In this document: positions 1 through 10,214 of the stretch, piece after piece | How the letters are laid out: the number at the start of each line of letters is the position of its first letter | Numbering within the stretch: the first letter of the stretch is position 1 | IMG/VR virus record: IMGVR_UViG_2541047728_000005 | Source of the DNA: a virus | Lineage: Duplodnaviria > Heunggongvirae > Uroviricota > Caudoviricetes | DNA: 47,804 bases | Direction: 5' to 3' (one strand) | Notes under the pieces: model-generated | Databases searched by the model: none | What the model was told of the DNA's origin: nothing | Seen by the model: the letters and a program-made list of their open reading frames with translations, nothing else | Made by a program: the position numbers and the translations under genes

Positions 1-95
1 CTTGCCGACTTTGCACTCTTGATACTTCTTAACGTATCCTCCAACATCTCTTTCGAAGGAACAGCACCATCAAAAGAGTTAATCGAAGCAACAAT
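1..95. repeat. Terminal duplication: 1..95 is identical to 47710..47804 (circular-assembly overlap; unique length 47709 bp)
   Basis: Direct reading: the 95 nt 'cttgccgactttgcactcttg...atcgaagcaacaat' occur at both window ends. Confidence 0.9.
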
Positions 96-479
96 TGAGG
101 CTGTATATGGTTCGCCAGGTGGTGATGTTTCAAACCATTCTGTTATGTTTACCTCTCCACCCAAGCTATTTACTACATCTTCAACCGCTGCCCTTGTACC
201 CTTTATTCGCTTTGTTCGTATTATTGATTTAAAAACAGAACGCTTTAACGATACAGGCCAACTATCCCTCCATGTATCAGCATTCCATTGCCAAGCTAAA
301 TGATCGAGAACAACTGAGTCCAGGTTATCAACAACGCTATATATTTCTGTCTTATATATTAAATTGTTAATTGCTTGTAGTTCATCATCAATAGCTTTCG
401 ACATAGCTATCACGTTGGGATCGCTAGCTAAGTTAGGAGGTAAAACATCCAACAAGCTAACATTAAAGATATCAGCCAT
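1..479 (-). CDS. Tail protein I (P2 gpI / Mu gp48-like), 5' part; ORF crosses the circular junction and continues at 47607..47709 (193 aa total)
   Basis: Minus-strand ATG at 479..477 overlaps stop of upstream J-like gene (ATGGCTGA); translation MADIFNVSLLDVLPPN...NITEWFETSPPGEPY resembles P2 gpI; frame continues into window end without stop. Confidence 0.7.
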   Translation of the reverse strand, partial: MADIFNVSLLDVLPPNLASDPNVIAMSKAIDDELQAINNLIYKTEIYSVVDNLDSVVLDHLAWQWNADTWRDSWPVSLKRSVFKSIIRTKRIKGTRAAVEDVVNSLGGEVNITEWFETSPPGEPYTASIVASINSFDGAVPSKEMLEDTLRSIKSAKSA

Positions 480-1596
480 CCTCTAACCCCGCATACTGGC
501 AATTTATATTTCTCTCTCTGGCGACCTGTGTCTCTCCAACCACATTAAAAACAGGACTTGATATTTCTAATCTTTTAGCCCCAGCATTTTTTAAACGTTG
601 AATAATTTCATCTGGATTTATATCTCTTCCCATAACCGAACGTTGCCATTGTTTATACTCATCAATAGCTTTCTCAACCTCACTTTGAATTAAAGTTGTT
701 CTGTTTTTGTCCGATGAGTTAATCCAGTATTTAATTATTATATCGTATTCAATGCTCTCTGGTTTCTTAACAAGAACTTTATCTGTGAATGGTCGAATAT
801 TAGTTGCAGAGAGAACGCTATTTATCTGCTCTAATAGTTCATCAGAAGGTATATCTCCGTTCTCTAACAAAGAACGGATTTCTACAATTCCGGGCGATGG
901 TGTATATACATTCACATCTTTTATATTCTGATTGGCTGTTCTTGTCCAATATTTATAAGAATCCTCCGGCCCTGCTGTAGACAGTTTTTCCGGCGACAGT
1001 TTTATTCTTTCAGCATAATTATCATCTGACTCCGTATCAGCACCAGAATTAGATGTTGTTACATTCCTTACTCTGGAAACATACGGCAACGGAGTCACCA
1101 ACTCATTTATTTGCCCTGGTAAAAAGCCATTCCCAGATAAACCAGGTATAACAGCATATCCTGAGACTGTACCAACTGTTTTCCCAGCAGGTATTTCCAA
1201 CAAAATATCTGTTTGGAAAATAACACCATTTCCAGTTGAAACTTGAGTGCCAGCAGGTATTGTATATATCCCCGATAATTTTGTTGACAGATTAAACTCA
1301 AATGTAGTCAAGGCAGATTGAGCTTCCAGCCTAGGCGTATCCGTCAGATAGCCTATATGGTCGAGATATTCACCTTCACCATATGTAAGAAGGTTTTGTT
1401 TTGCAGAAAAATCGATAGCTTTTCTTTGCTGTATAATAATCTCACACAATGATAAGATGAATAATCTACGTGGATCAGCAGGTGCTAATGTTTCACCTGT
1501 TATACTCTCAAAAGCCCTGATTGAACGAGTTGTTATATCAGTCGGGTTAGAATCTGCGAAAGTAATATCTGGCAAACCACCACGCGGCAACGTCAT
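472..1596 (-). CDS. Baseplate protein J-like (P2 gpJ / Mu gp47 family)
   Basis: 374-aa ORF between W-like and I-like genes in conserved V-W-J-I-H-G order; translationally coupled to gene I. Confidence 0.65.
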   Translation of the reverse strand: MTLPRGGLPDITFADSNPTDITTRSIRAFESITGETLAPADPRRLFILSLCEIIIQQRKAIDFSAKQNLLTYGEGEYLDHIGYLTDTPRLEAQSALTTFEFNLSTKLSGIYTIPAGTQVSTGNGVIFQTDILLEIPAGKTVGTVSGYAVIPGLSGNGFLPGQINELVTPLPYVSRVRNVTTSNSGADTESDDNYAERIKLSPEKLSTAGPEDSYKYWTRTANQNIKDVNVYTPSPGIVEIRSLLENGDIPSDELLEQINSVLSATNIRPFTDKVLVKKPESIEYDIIIKYWINSSDKNRTTLIQSEVEKAIDEYKQWQRSVMGRDINPDEIIQRLKNAGAKRLEISSPVFNVVGETQVARERNINCQYAGLEDG

Positions 1597-1913
1597 TCTC
1601 TAACTCCTATCACAAGTTTTGGCCTAATAAAACCATCAGAAACGTCCGTTCTTTCAAAAGTAACAGAATGGATAATCGCTCTAGGCTCAAACTCACTAAT
1701 TTTTTGAATTATTTCTCGTGTTGCTGTAGCAATAAAAATTGGACTAGGGCTATCAACAAGACTTGAATTAATTCCTAATTTTCTGGCATATGGTACAGTG
1801 CCAATTTGAGTATTAATAATAGTAGAGACATTTTGCAAAACTTCTTCTACAACTGTTTTGGGCGACCAATCAATCGAGTAAGAAGGTGATGATATGGTAA
1901 ACGTATTATTCAT
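1593..1913 (-). CDS. Baseplate wedge protein, GPW/gp25-like
   Basis: 106-aa ORF, size and position upstream of J-like gene; overlapping stop/start with neighbours. Confidence 0.55.
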   Translation of the reverse strand: MNNTFTISSPSYSIDWSPKTVVEEVLQNVSTIINTQIGTVPYARKLGINSSLVDSPSPIFIATATREIIQKISEFEPRAIIHSVTFERTDVSDGFIRPKLVIGVRE

Positions 1914-2377
1914 AATAATTTACCTAACGCACTTCTAGTTTTTGACTCTATATTGCCAGCAATATCAACTAATGCTTCTTTCAGAGAGGTCTGTCCGACT
2001 TCCTGTAATTTAATGCCGACGATAATCACTCGTGGATTCCCAGTTGGACCGAAATAAGTCCATGATTCCTCTATATCTGTAATTATAAAATTACCAAAAT
2101 ACTGAATACCAATTACAACAGGATTTACTTCCTGAATTGATTGCATTGTCCTAAGTAATGAAAGCGCAGCCAATGGAACAATGCCAAGTGTTGTATCCAA
2201 CCGCATATTAAAACTAACTTCATCCAGATCTGGACCTATATCCTCCAGAACAGGTTTAAGCCCAATAACATCATGGCGCGCTACACGACGCTTTGACGTC
2301 CTTTTAAAATTGTTGAACGTATTCACCACTATTGATGAGGCAACAAAAGGCATTGTACCAAGCATACCCACAATCAT
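1910..2377 (-). CDS. Baseplate-associated hypothetical protein
   Basis: 155-aa ORF translationally coupled inside baseplate operon. Confidence 0.4.
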   Translation of the reverse strand: MIVGMLGTMPFVASSIVVNTFNNFKRTSKRRVARHDVIGLKPVLEDIGPDLDEVSFNMRLDTTLGIVPLAALSLLRTMQSIQEVNPVVIGIQYFGNFIITDIEESWTYFGPTGNPRVIIVGIKLQEVGQTSLKEALVDIAGNIESKTRSALGKLL

Positions 2378-2994
2378 GCCTGAGCCTCCGTTGTCGGAGC
2401 GTATTCCCCCTGAGCTGTGTGATGGTGGCCTTTAGATTTAATCCCATCAACATCTATATCACCACCAACAACCTTAACATTCCCAGAAATTGTAGCTGCA
2501 ACACCTCCAGCAGAAGATCCTTTCATTCCACCTTTGAAGGTTAGTAATCCTTCAACTGTAGCATTTCCGGTAATGATGGTTTCTGGAGCATCAATAGTTA
2601 CGGTTCCTGTAGCCTTAATGGTTACATCTCCGACAGCATCAACAAGGAGTAAATTAGATTCTCTGTCTATCTCAATACGAGTTCCGTTATTAAATCTAAT
2701 GACGCGTTTATTAACAGTATTAGATGGCGGCTTCTGTGTTTCATCATAAAAACTACCAAGAATAAAACCTTGTTGCGGCCCCGCGGGATGAAAGATACAC
2801 AAAACTTGCTCACCAATATCTGGCATCCAGTAATCAGCATTCTTATCTGTATTTTTCACAATAACTGATAACTTTGCCGAAGTGACGTTATCCTGATCAT
2901 CGAAAGTAACTCTTGCTGTAACATCACCATCATCAATATCAGAAACAACGCCAACTCTTATAGTCTGACGTAATAATGTTTCTAAATCATTCAT
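2374..2994 (-). CDS. Baseplate spike / assembly protein V-like
   Basis: 206-aa ORF with Gly/Thr/Val-rich beta-helix-like C-terminus (GDVTIKATGTVTIDAP...), position after D-like gene. Confidence 0.6.
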   Translation of the reverse strand: MNDLETLLRQTIRVGVVSDIDDGDVTARVTFDDQDNVTSAKLSVIVKNTDKNADYWMPDIGEQVLCIFHPAGPQQGFILGSFYDETQKPPSNTVNKRVIRFNNGTRIEIDRESNLLLVDAVGDVTIKATGTVTIDAPETIITGNATVEGLLTFKGGMKGSSAGGVAATISGNVKVVGGDIDVDGIKSKGHHHTAQGEYAPTTEAQA

Positions 2995-2996
2995 AA

Positions 2997-3998
2997 TTAA
3001 TACCCATTAATTACTCTTCGGACATCAATCGAGGTGGTATAACCACTAGTCCCAATTGAATGCACAGCTTTCGATATAAGATATTTTCCAGAAAATGAAC
3101 CGAATCCCTCCAGATTTATAGTTACACCAGCTACCAATCTGGTGTCTCCAACCAATACTAAAGATCCGGTATTTTGATATCTATTTTTAAGCCGCAAAGC
3201 AGCCTTTGCCTTACGTTTTGCTTCATCTAAATTAGCTACCAGTTTTCTTATCTTAAGATTCGACCCTTCTTCTACGGATGGATCTACCCAAGTATACGAA
3301 AGCGACTTTCTTTTTTTAGGTACGCGATATTTGCACGTGCAACTTTTATACAAATCTGTAGATTGTGTGCTAAAGCTATATCTGATTATCTCATCAATAC
3401 CTAACGTAAGCGTAGCGATAGGATCTTTTTGCTCAAACATCTCTTGAGCAAATATTATTAATTGGCTATCAGTGACCTTTAACGACAACCCTTCATCCTG
3501 GCAAAGTCGATGGAGAAATTTTAAATCGCTTTCCTCCATTTGATCTTCACGCGCATAATATGGATTACTATCACCATCAATAAGAAACAACAGTTCAAGG
3601 TTAGCTAATTTAGCTATAGAAGTTGCTATATCTTTAAGAGTTGTTTTTTCCCATGCATTACTTTTTAAATCACGTCTAATGCCTGATGAAACAGGAACAG
3701 AAACAGCAGTTACCTCAACCACAGAAGGTGGTCCAGAGCAAGTTATGCCATCTACCTGGAATTTCCCGCACTCAAGGACGATTTGATTTATAGGCTTAAA
3801 GCTCAAATCAATAAAATCACCCTTTTTAGGTGTCCAGTCTCCAGACCATTTCCCATCATCATTTTTTAATATAATAGAAATATCATCGACCTGACCATCT
3901 TCATTATCTGTATAAGACATTGACAAAACATCAGGTGACATATGAGCGGTAATATTTACATTCTGATATATAACATCAAAAAGCGTTTTACGTAACAC
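2997..3998 (-). CDS. Tail protein D-like (P2 gpD / Mu gpP late control D family)
   Basis: 333-aa ORF downstream of tape measure and X-like gene, as in Mu/P2 tail operons. Confidence 0.55.
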   Translation of the reverse strand: MLRKTLFDVIYQNVNITAHMSPDVLSMSYTDNEDGQVDDISIILKNDDGKWSGDWTPKKGDFIDLSFKPINQIVLECGKFQVDGITCSGPPSVVEVTAVSVPVSSGIRRDLKSNAWEKTTLKDIATSIAKLANLELLFLIDGDSNPYYAREDQMEESDLKFLHRLCQDEGLSLKVTDSQLIIFAQEMFEQKDPIATLTLGIDEIIRYSFSTQSTDLYKSCTCKYRVPKKRKSLSYTWVDPSVEEGSNLKIRKLVANLDEAKRKAKAALRLKNRYQNTGSLVLVGDTRLVAGVTINLEGFGSFSGKYLISKAVHSIGTSGYTTSIDVRRVINGY

Positions 3999-4206
3999 TA
4001 TTGCGTCTCCACGGAGGAAAATTGTTTACTGATATTGGCATAACCGGAGCATCAGGAACTTTAAGAATAATTCCCGCAGAAAAAAGCACCGTAAAGCGGT
4101 GCTCAGTATTAGCATCAATAAGAAGATAAGACAGGTACTCATTACCATACAACTTTAAAGCGATACTATCCCATGAGTCCCCTTGAACCGTTCTATAATC
4201 ATCCAA
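3988..4206 (-). CDS. Small tail protein X-like (LysM-like)
   Basis: 72-aa ORF directly after tape measure gene; MDDYRTVQGDSWDSIALKLYG resembles LysM-type tail protein X. Confidence 0.45.
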   Translation of the reverse strand: MDDYRTVQGDSWDSIALKLYGNEYLSYLLIDANTEHRFTVLFSAGIILKVPDAPVMPISVNNFPPWRRNSVT

Positions 4207-6991
4207 AACTTAATCTCCGTTGTTGGAACATATGAGCACTCAATTTCTTCTCAAAATCAGAATATCCCGCATCTAATGCTCTTTTAGCTGCCGCCTCAGT
4301 TTCCTTTGGTGAACCAGCCGGAAGATTGATTACAGGTGAATAGGTTATTCCACCAGTCACAGCGTTAACGTTCTGGCGAGGTCCAGAAGTCCCAGCGGCA
4401 GATATCCCGTGAGGTGATAAATTTGATTGCCCGAACTTGCTTGCTATTGCATTCTGTAAGCTGTTATTCCTGCTAACACCTGATGCCAGAGTAGTCATTA
4501 TTGCACCACCTGACTTTGTTAGCTGTGAGAATGGACCTTTTTTCGCGTCAGAGAACGGTAAATACTCACGTACAGAAGAAAAAACGCCTTTCACTTCATT
4601 AATTAAAGCATTTGCTTTTGATTTTATCCCAGTGATTAACGTCTCAATTATTTTTGCGCCTGACTCACTCCAGTTTATTCCAGATAAATAAGTCGTTACA
4701 GATTGGAATGCTCTTATAAAGAGTCCAACTGGTGAAAAACGCATAAAAACAGATACCAGTGTATCTATGATTTTCTTTCCTGTTTCGCTCCAGTTAATGC
4801 CAGAAAGGTAATTTGTTGTAATTTTAAATGCTTTAATTAAGAACGGAAGCGGAGACATCCATTTAAAAGCACTAATTAATGTACTGTAAATTCTTACTCC
4901 TGCCGAACTCCAGTTTATGTTGGAAAGATAATCCCATGCTTTACCAAACATAGATATAATCCATCCATTGAGGTCAAAGTTTAAGATAAAGTTTTTTATA
5001 GCCTCAAATGATTTAACTGTATATTCCTTAACAGAAGGCCAAACTCTGACAGCATAATCTCTGATCTTATCCCAATTCTGATAGAGCAATATTCCTGCGG
5101 CAACCAGCGCAGATATAGCCATCTGAATCCACCCGAAGGGTGTTAGCTTTGTCGCTACAGATAAAGCCAGCATAGCTACCCTACACGCTATAACCACACT
5201 TTTCATGGTTAGAAACGCACCTGCCGCCATCACTATCTGAGACACAAAATTGGGGTTGTTAGCTACAAATTCACTAATTTTTGTAATCAGCGGAACCAAA
5301 ACACTAAGCGCGGCATTCAAAGCAGGTTGCAAGGCCTGACCAAAACTTAATGATGCATTGCTAGCCTGAATACGTAATTGTTTCAATCGCTCCGCATTAT
5401 CTTTCGTTATGTTGGCAAAATCGCGGTCAATAACAGCACTTCCAGCTCCAAGAGATGTTGCTTTGATTCTCTGGTATTCCTTCCAGTTTTGAATCATCGG
5501 ACGAACAAAGTTCTGAACCTGCATATCGCCAAATAGTTCACCAAGTAACTTCTGATCTCCGTTCTTAGTCATTTTCATGACAGAATGCATTGCAGCTTCG
5601 AATGGATTCTTCCCTTTTTTCTGCGCTGTTGTAACAATTTTATATAAATCTACACCGAAATTTTTCTTTGCTTTTTTTAGTGTTTCAGGGGAAAGTATTT
5701 TTGCCAAAAAGTTGTTCATATTATTAGCAGCCTCATCCGAAGTTGCAGCCCCCTTGCGAGCTATCTGCAAAGCTGCACCCATCGTCGCGGCTGCTTCTTT
5801 ACCTCCCATTTTTAATGCCTGGAACTGAGCACCAAGCACAGGAAGATTTTTGGCCATATCTTTAAATTCAAAGTTCCCCTCTTTCCCTGCCTGAACCAGA
5901 ATCCCCATTGCAGACTTCATTTGAGATGGATCAATCTTCAATGAGTCACTTAATGTAAATGATGCTTTCGAGACATCGAGGATATCAGAGCCAGTAGCTG
6001 TAGCTGTTCGCCCAATAGTTAGTAGATTCGCCTGAGCCTCTTTATAATCCTGCCCAGCAGCGACGAGAAAACCCTGAGCGGCCTGAATATCAGATGCAAA
6101 CTGGTTGGTAGCCGTTCCGGTAACAAGCATCGCCTGCCCCATCGCCTGAACTTCTTCCGGCTTCATATCTGCCGTAAGACCAATCATTTTGTTTTCACGA
6201 TTGAAATTTGCTGCATTGTTAGCAGCAGCAAATGCACCAGCCGCTACAGCACCAGTTTGTAATCCTGACCTTACAAGTTGACTCTTTGCCTCACCAAGAT
6301 GCTCTCGCTTCAATTCACGCTGCCTTTCCAACGCGCGGTTTAACTCCTCCTGAGCACGTTTTACTGCAAGAACATTTTTCCGTGCTTCAGCCAACGCATT
6401 TTTATAGCTGTTAATTTTATCAATACGTTGTTTTTCTAATGCCCGGTTAAGTTCCTCCTGCTGTTTTTTCACTTGCTGAACATTTGCTCTGGCTAAAGCC
6501 AAAGCCGTTCTGTAGCGGTTAACCTGCTCAACGCTACGGGCCTGAGCCTCACGATTACGATCAATGCTGGCTTTAAGCTCTTTCTCTCTTGAGGCCAAAG
6601 CTCTGGCAGATGTATCAGCTCCCTGATAGGCAGACTTTAAAGCGGCCAGTTCTTCACGCTGAGAACGTAGTGATGCTCGTAAATTTGATGAATGTGTTTT
6701 TGCCTTCTCAAAGTCACGAAGCATCGCTCTGGTTGGATTGGCCGTGTTTTTTATTTGCTTCTGTAACTCTTCAACGCGAGCGGCAGCTTTATGATATTCG
6801 AGGGCAGTCTGTCCAACCTTTACTTTTACAGATTGTAGCTTTTGAATTTCCCCATGTTCTTTCGTTAATCCAGCAAGCTCTGCATTTAATTTAGCAACAG
6901 CCTGATTAGCTGTAGTAAAACTTTTGGGGAGAGAGGCGGCAACTTTGCCGCCAATTTCAAAAGCCAGCTTAAAGTTCTTATTGCTGGCCAT
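4199..6991 (-). CDS. Tail tape measure protein
   Basis: 930-aa ORF; N-terminal coiled-coil with repeated AxLxRxxEE heptads, central hydrophobic segments, three tandem ~37-aa repeats ending in YLSGINWSE; follows chaperone gene. Confidence 0.85.
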   Translation of the reverse strand: MASNKNFKLAFEIGGKVAASLPKSFTTANQAVAKLNAELAGLTKEHGEIQKLQSVKVKVGQTALEYHKAAARVEELQKQIKNTANPTRAMLRDFEKAKTHSSNLRASLRSQREELAALKSAYQGADTSARALASREKELKASIDRNREAQARSVEQVNRYRTALALARANVQQVKKQQEELNRALEKQRIDKINSYKNALAEARKNVLAVKRAQEELNRALERQRELKREHLGEAKSQLVRSGLQTGAVAAGAFAAANNAANFNRENKMIGLTADMKPEEVQAMGQAMLVTGTATNQFASDIQAAQGFLVAAGQDYKEAQANLLTIGRTATATGSDILDVSKASFTLSDSLKIDPSQMKSAMGILVQAGKEGNFEFKDMAKNLPVLGAQFQALKMGGKEAAATMGAALQIARKGAATSDEAANNMNNFLAKILSPETLKKAKKNFGVDLYKIVTTAQKKGKNPFEAAMHSVMKMTKNGDQKLLGELFGDMQVQNFVRPMIQNWKEYQRIKATSLGAGSAVIDRDFANITKDNAERLKQLRIQASNASLSFGQALQPALNAALSVLVPLITKISEFVANNPNFVSQIVMAAGAFLTMKSVVIACRVAMLALSVATKLTPFGWIQMAISALVAAGILLYQNWDKIRDYAVRVWPSVKEYTVKSFEAIKNFILNFDLNGWIISMFGKAWDYLSNINWSSAGVRIYSTLISAFKWMSPLPFLIKAFKITTNYLSGINWSETGKKIIDTLVSVFMRFSPVGLFIRAFQSVTTYLSGINWSESGAKIIETLITGIKSKANALINEVKGVFSSVREYLPFSDAKKGPFSQLTKSGGAIMTTLASGVSRNNSLQNAIASKFGQSNLSPHGISAAGTSGPRQNVNAVTGGITYSPVINLPAGSPKETEAAAKRALDAGYSDFEKKLSAHMFQQRRLSFG

Positions 6992-6996
6992 TAGTA

Positions 6997-7179
6997 TTAA
7001 TCCTCATTAAACACGTCAATCCATGCGACGATTCGCCTCAACCGAAGCGAAAGCCAGTAGGATATAGGTGTTGATTGAGATGATTGAGATAGAGAACTCG
7101 CGGCCCTCATTATTTGCTTATCAATAGGTTTTTGCTCATCAAAACCTACGAGAGCAAAAAATTCTGTACCTTTTGACAA
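6997..7179 (-). CDS. Tail assembly chaperone frameshift extension (GT-like product via -1 frameshift)
   Basis: ORF in -1 frame overlapping 3' end of 7146..7427; slippery T_TTT_TTG on minus strand (plus 7155..7161). Confidence 0.45.
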   Translation of the reverse strand: MSKGTEFFALVGFDEQKPIDKQIMRAASSLSQSSQSTPISYWLSLRLRRIVAWIDVFNED

Positions 7180-7427
7180 ACTTTAACAAAGTCTTTCGCT
7201 GGTAATCCATTCAGATACTCTATTGGACGACCAATACAGCGAGCAGCCAAGGCTGCATGGACTTTATTATCAAGTGATGTTTGAACTGAAACATGCCCTT
7301 GAGATTGCAGTAAGTCCGATACCTCTAAAATATCACTGCCTTTTAGGTTGTCTAAATCAAGGTTGAGTTCAGTCACCGGCTCAAAGTCTTCAAAACGATA
7401 TTCTTTACTTAATTTAACGGTTTCCAT
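7146..7427 (-). CDS. Tail assembly chaperone (G-like), upstream frame
   Basis: 93-aa acidic ORF immediately upstream of tape measure gene; overlapped by -1 frame ORF. Confidence 0.6.
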   Translation of the reverse strand: METVKLSKEYRFEDFEPVTELNLDLDNLKGSDILEVSDLLQSQGHVSVQTSLDNKVHAALAARCIGRPIEYLNGLPAKDFVKVCQKVQNFLLS

Positions 7428-7436
7428 TTTGTCACC

Positions 7437-7958
7437 TTATAAACCTAAATCATCACGAACGCTTTTTAATATATCTTCACCATCAAAGATACAAATAAAG
7501 TTCAACTTATCAATTTCCAGGACTTCTTTTCCATCAATAAATAATTTGATATAGAGAACTTCAAATTCATTCTCTGAATCAGTAGCCTTTGCCACCTGTA
7601 GCGAACCTAAATCCAGTTTTTTAGGGTTTAGCTTCATTGAAGCCCGAATAGGAACCGTTTTATATTTTCCTGTTCCTGCATCATAAACCTGCTGGCTACC
7701 GCGAAAATCTACCTGATGCGATGAGGATAGAAATAATTTTGTACCAGCAGAGGTCAGAGTTCGCCATTTAAGAGAGACAGTCATTGGTTTGAAATGCCCC
7801 AGCGTTCCGCTCTCAAGCTCTCCAGCGATACCTGCACCACTAACAGTTTCTGTCATCATCTCAATTGATGGCAGCTTTGCGTCAGCAACACCGATAATAC
7901 GGTTTCCTTCACCGTATACTGTAAAGTTAATAAGTCTCTCAGGAATTTGATTGCTCAA
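7437..7958 (-). CDS. Tail tube protein
   Basis: 173-aa ORF between sheath and chaperone genes (Mu L-M order). Confidence 0.55.
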   Translation of the reverse strand: MSNQIPERLINFTVYGEGNRIIGVADAKLPSIEMMTETVSGAGIAGELESGTLGHFKPMTVSLKWRTLTSAGTKLFLSSSHQVDFRGSQQVYDAGTGKYKTVPIRASMKLNPKKLDLGSLQVAKATDSENEFEVLYIKLFIDGKEVLEIDKLNFICIFDGEDILKSVRDDLGL

Positions 7959-7974
7959 AGCAACCTCCTATTAT

Positions 7975-9438
7975 TTATTCAGAAAACAAGTTCAGCAGAT
8001 AATCAGGATTATATTCCATGACGAACTCTATATCTCTGGCAGGTGAGAATGGTGTCATTTTTACATGGAATTTAACAATCCCGTCCATCAATGACGTAAT
8101 CGTGTTTTCAGACTGATCAAAGGTAACAACACCACCTGCAATATCCTGATTACCAGTGAGGCCGTTAAGCCAAATATTCGCACTAGTAACAATCGATTCA
8201 ATTAATCGACGGTTTGCAGGATTGTCTATTTTTGACCAATGCGAAAGAATTAACGTATTACCCACCCAGTTAAACATACGTCGGCAAACACGAAATGCGT
8301 CTTTGGGGTCTGTAGATGTTGGATAAATAGCATTACGGTTTCCCCATGATTTCCAACCATCAAAATTAAGGCTTGTTACAATCCCCTGTCCATTTAAGTA
8401 GTTTGCCTGGCTAATGTTAAGCCATACCTCACTGCCATCTTTACGTACAGCACCGTCCATCTGTAGTTTTATATTTGACGGAGAACGTGATGGAATATCA
8501 CCATACTGACTATCCAGCAAGCATGTTGCTGCCGCTAAATGGGTTGAGTGATGGTAAATATTGTCACCAAGTTTCACCATCGGCCAGCACACTGTCTGGT
8601 TAGCTGCCATATGATTATTGTTCTGCTTCCATTCAGGAACAGCAGAATAATCACTGATAGTAGATTTATCAGTCGGCGCATCGGTGATAGCTTCTGCTTT
8701 GAACAATTCACTAATCAGCGCAGCTTTAGCCGCCATTAGCTGGCCAACTTCACTATCAGAACTAAATCCAGGCGCAATCACTTGTCCTGGAACTAGTTTG
8801 AAGCGGGGATAAACATCCGACAGTAACTCAAGCCCCGTATTCGCTTTAGTGTTGGAATCCACACCACCAATAATATCGTTTTTAGTTACAGCCCCGGGAT
8901 CAAGATGCGTATAACTAACCTTAAGAGTGGCGTCTTTTTCAGTAATTTTTCCTCCGCTAATAGCGGTAATGACCGTATAGCCATTATCATCCAGCGCCAG
9001 TACATAATCTGTATCAACCGTTAACCCTGGAGAATCACCATCTGCTTTTTTCACAACAACAGATTTATATAAGACACCATCGTTAGAGAGCGTACCTTTC
9101 CCGCCAGAAAGTTTTACTACCTCATCAGTTACGTCTTTCTTATGCTTTGCTGGATCAAGCACATTGATAAATACAACTGGCGCAACACCATATATTCCAA
9201 ATGCGACTTTAATTACTTCGCTTAAAGTATATTTCTCGAAGTTTGTGCTATATCCTATTTTAGATACGGCCTCTGCGTATGTATAAGCAATGATAGGTTT
9301 ATTTACCGCTGAGGCTGGATCTTCTAACTGATTAACAGGAGTTGTACCAAATGCGACAATCAACCCAGCACTAACTTGTACTGGAGGAGTTATAGATGTA
9401 GCCAGCTCAGATATATAAATACCGTGGCGATATCCCAT
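7975..9438 (-). CDS. Tail sheath protein
   Basis: 487-aa ORF, size and position typical of Mu/P2-type contractile sheath, upstream of tube. Confidence 0.65.
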   Translation of the reverse strand: MGYRHGIYISELATSITPPVQVSAGLIVAFGTTPVNQLEDPASAVNKPIIAYTYAEAVSKIGYSTNFEKYTLSEVIKVAFGIYGVAPVVFINVLDPAKHKKDVTDEVVKLSGGKGTLSNDGVLYKSVVVKKADGDSPGLTVDTDYVLALDDNGYTVITAISGGKITEKDATLKVSYTHLDPGAVTKNDIIGGVDSNTKANTGLELLSDVYPRFKLVPGQVIAPGFSSDSEVGQLMAAKAALISELFKAEAITDAPTDKSTISDYSAVPEWKQNNNHMAANQTVCWPMVKLGDNIYHHSTHLAAATCLLDSQYGDIPSRSPSNIKLQMDGAVRKDGSEVWLNISQANYLNGQGIVTSLNFDGWKSWGNRNAIYPTSTDPKDAFRVCRRMFNWVGNTLILSHWSKIDNPANRRLIESIVTSANIWLNGLTGNQDIAGGVVTFDQSENTITSLMDGIVKFHVKMTPFSPARDIEFVMEYNPDYLLNLFSE

Positions 9439-9728
9439 TATTTAATCTCCATGATAGAAGAAGAAACTCTAGAGTACATTACATACTCGACACTGGTTTT
9501 ATCAGAAAGTCTTTTTTCTGCATCTGAAAAATCACTGGTTGCCACAAACAAACACTTTGCACCAGGAATATGTGATATTAATTTTTCACACTCTGGAGAT
9601 AAGCCATTCTTAAATAGTTTATGCTTCAAAATTGAGAGTTGAGGGATTGTTGGCCCTATATATACAAATGTTTGAGCAACATCTTCCTTCTTTTCTATAT
9701 CTTCTTTACTACTTTTCTTATTAGCCAT
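9438..9728 (-). CDS. Hypothetical head-tail joining region protein
   Basis: 96-aa ORF translationally coupled (ATGA-type overlap) to sheath gene. Confidence 0.4.
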   Translation of the reverse strand: MANKKSSKEDIEKKEDVAQTFVYIGPTIPQLSILKHKLFKNGLSPECEKLISHIPGAKCLFVATSDFSDAEKRLSDKTSVEYVMYSRVSSSIMEIK

Positions 9729-10214
9729 TTAGATAAACTCCTGAGACTGAATATTCTGAGGCTTTAATACTAGCCACGTTCCAGTTGCTTCCGTTATCCA
9801 ATATGGATATGGTTGATCATCAAACATTCGCCATCTGATATCACCCTGAAAGAGAAATTTCTCTTCAAGTAAAGGCTTCTCCTGAAAATGAAACATCATC
9901 CTTTCAAGAAGAGCCATTACCCATTCATATCCAGTATGGTCCTCACAAAAACCACCTAGAAGAAACTTAACCTTAACTTCATCCGTTTCAGGCTGCATTC
10001 CTCCTTCCGTGGGCCTGATAATCACATGAGGAAATTCTGGCGGTTTATCTGGAGATGGTTGTGATTTAGGAGGCAAGTACCCTTTAAATATTGTTGGAAC
10101 AAACAATTTAATATCGCTGTCTGTTTCATCATAAGGAGGCCCCTGCACTAATAAATCATGGAAAACCTCATGTTCCAACCGATTTTTTATTGCATCTATC
10201 AAAAGATTAATCAA
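9729..10214 (-). CDS. Hypothetical head-tail joining / tail completion protein
   Basis: 161-aa ORF in structural operon. Confidence 0.4.
   Translation of the reverse strand: MINLLIDAIKNRLEHEVFHDLLVQGPPYDETDSDIKLFVPTIFKGYLPPKSQPSPDKPPEFPHVIIRPTEGGMQPETDEVKVKFLLGGFCEDHTGYEWVMALLERMMFHFQEKPLLEEKFLFQGDIRWRMFDDQPYPYWITEATGTWLVLKPQNIQSQEFI

Noticed and set aside
19-303. Plus-strand 94-aa ORF at the window start
   Set aside because: Lies entirely antisense to the well-supported gpI-like gene and has no RBS or recognisable features; treated as a spurious antisense ORF.
4437-6894. Plus-strand ORFs (60-101 aa) inside the tape measure gene
   Set aside because: All are embedded antisense within a long, well-supported coding region and arise from its compositional bias.
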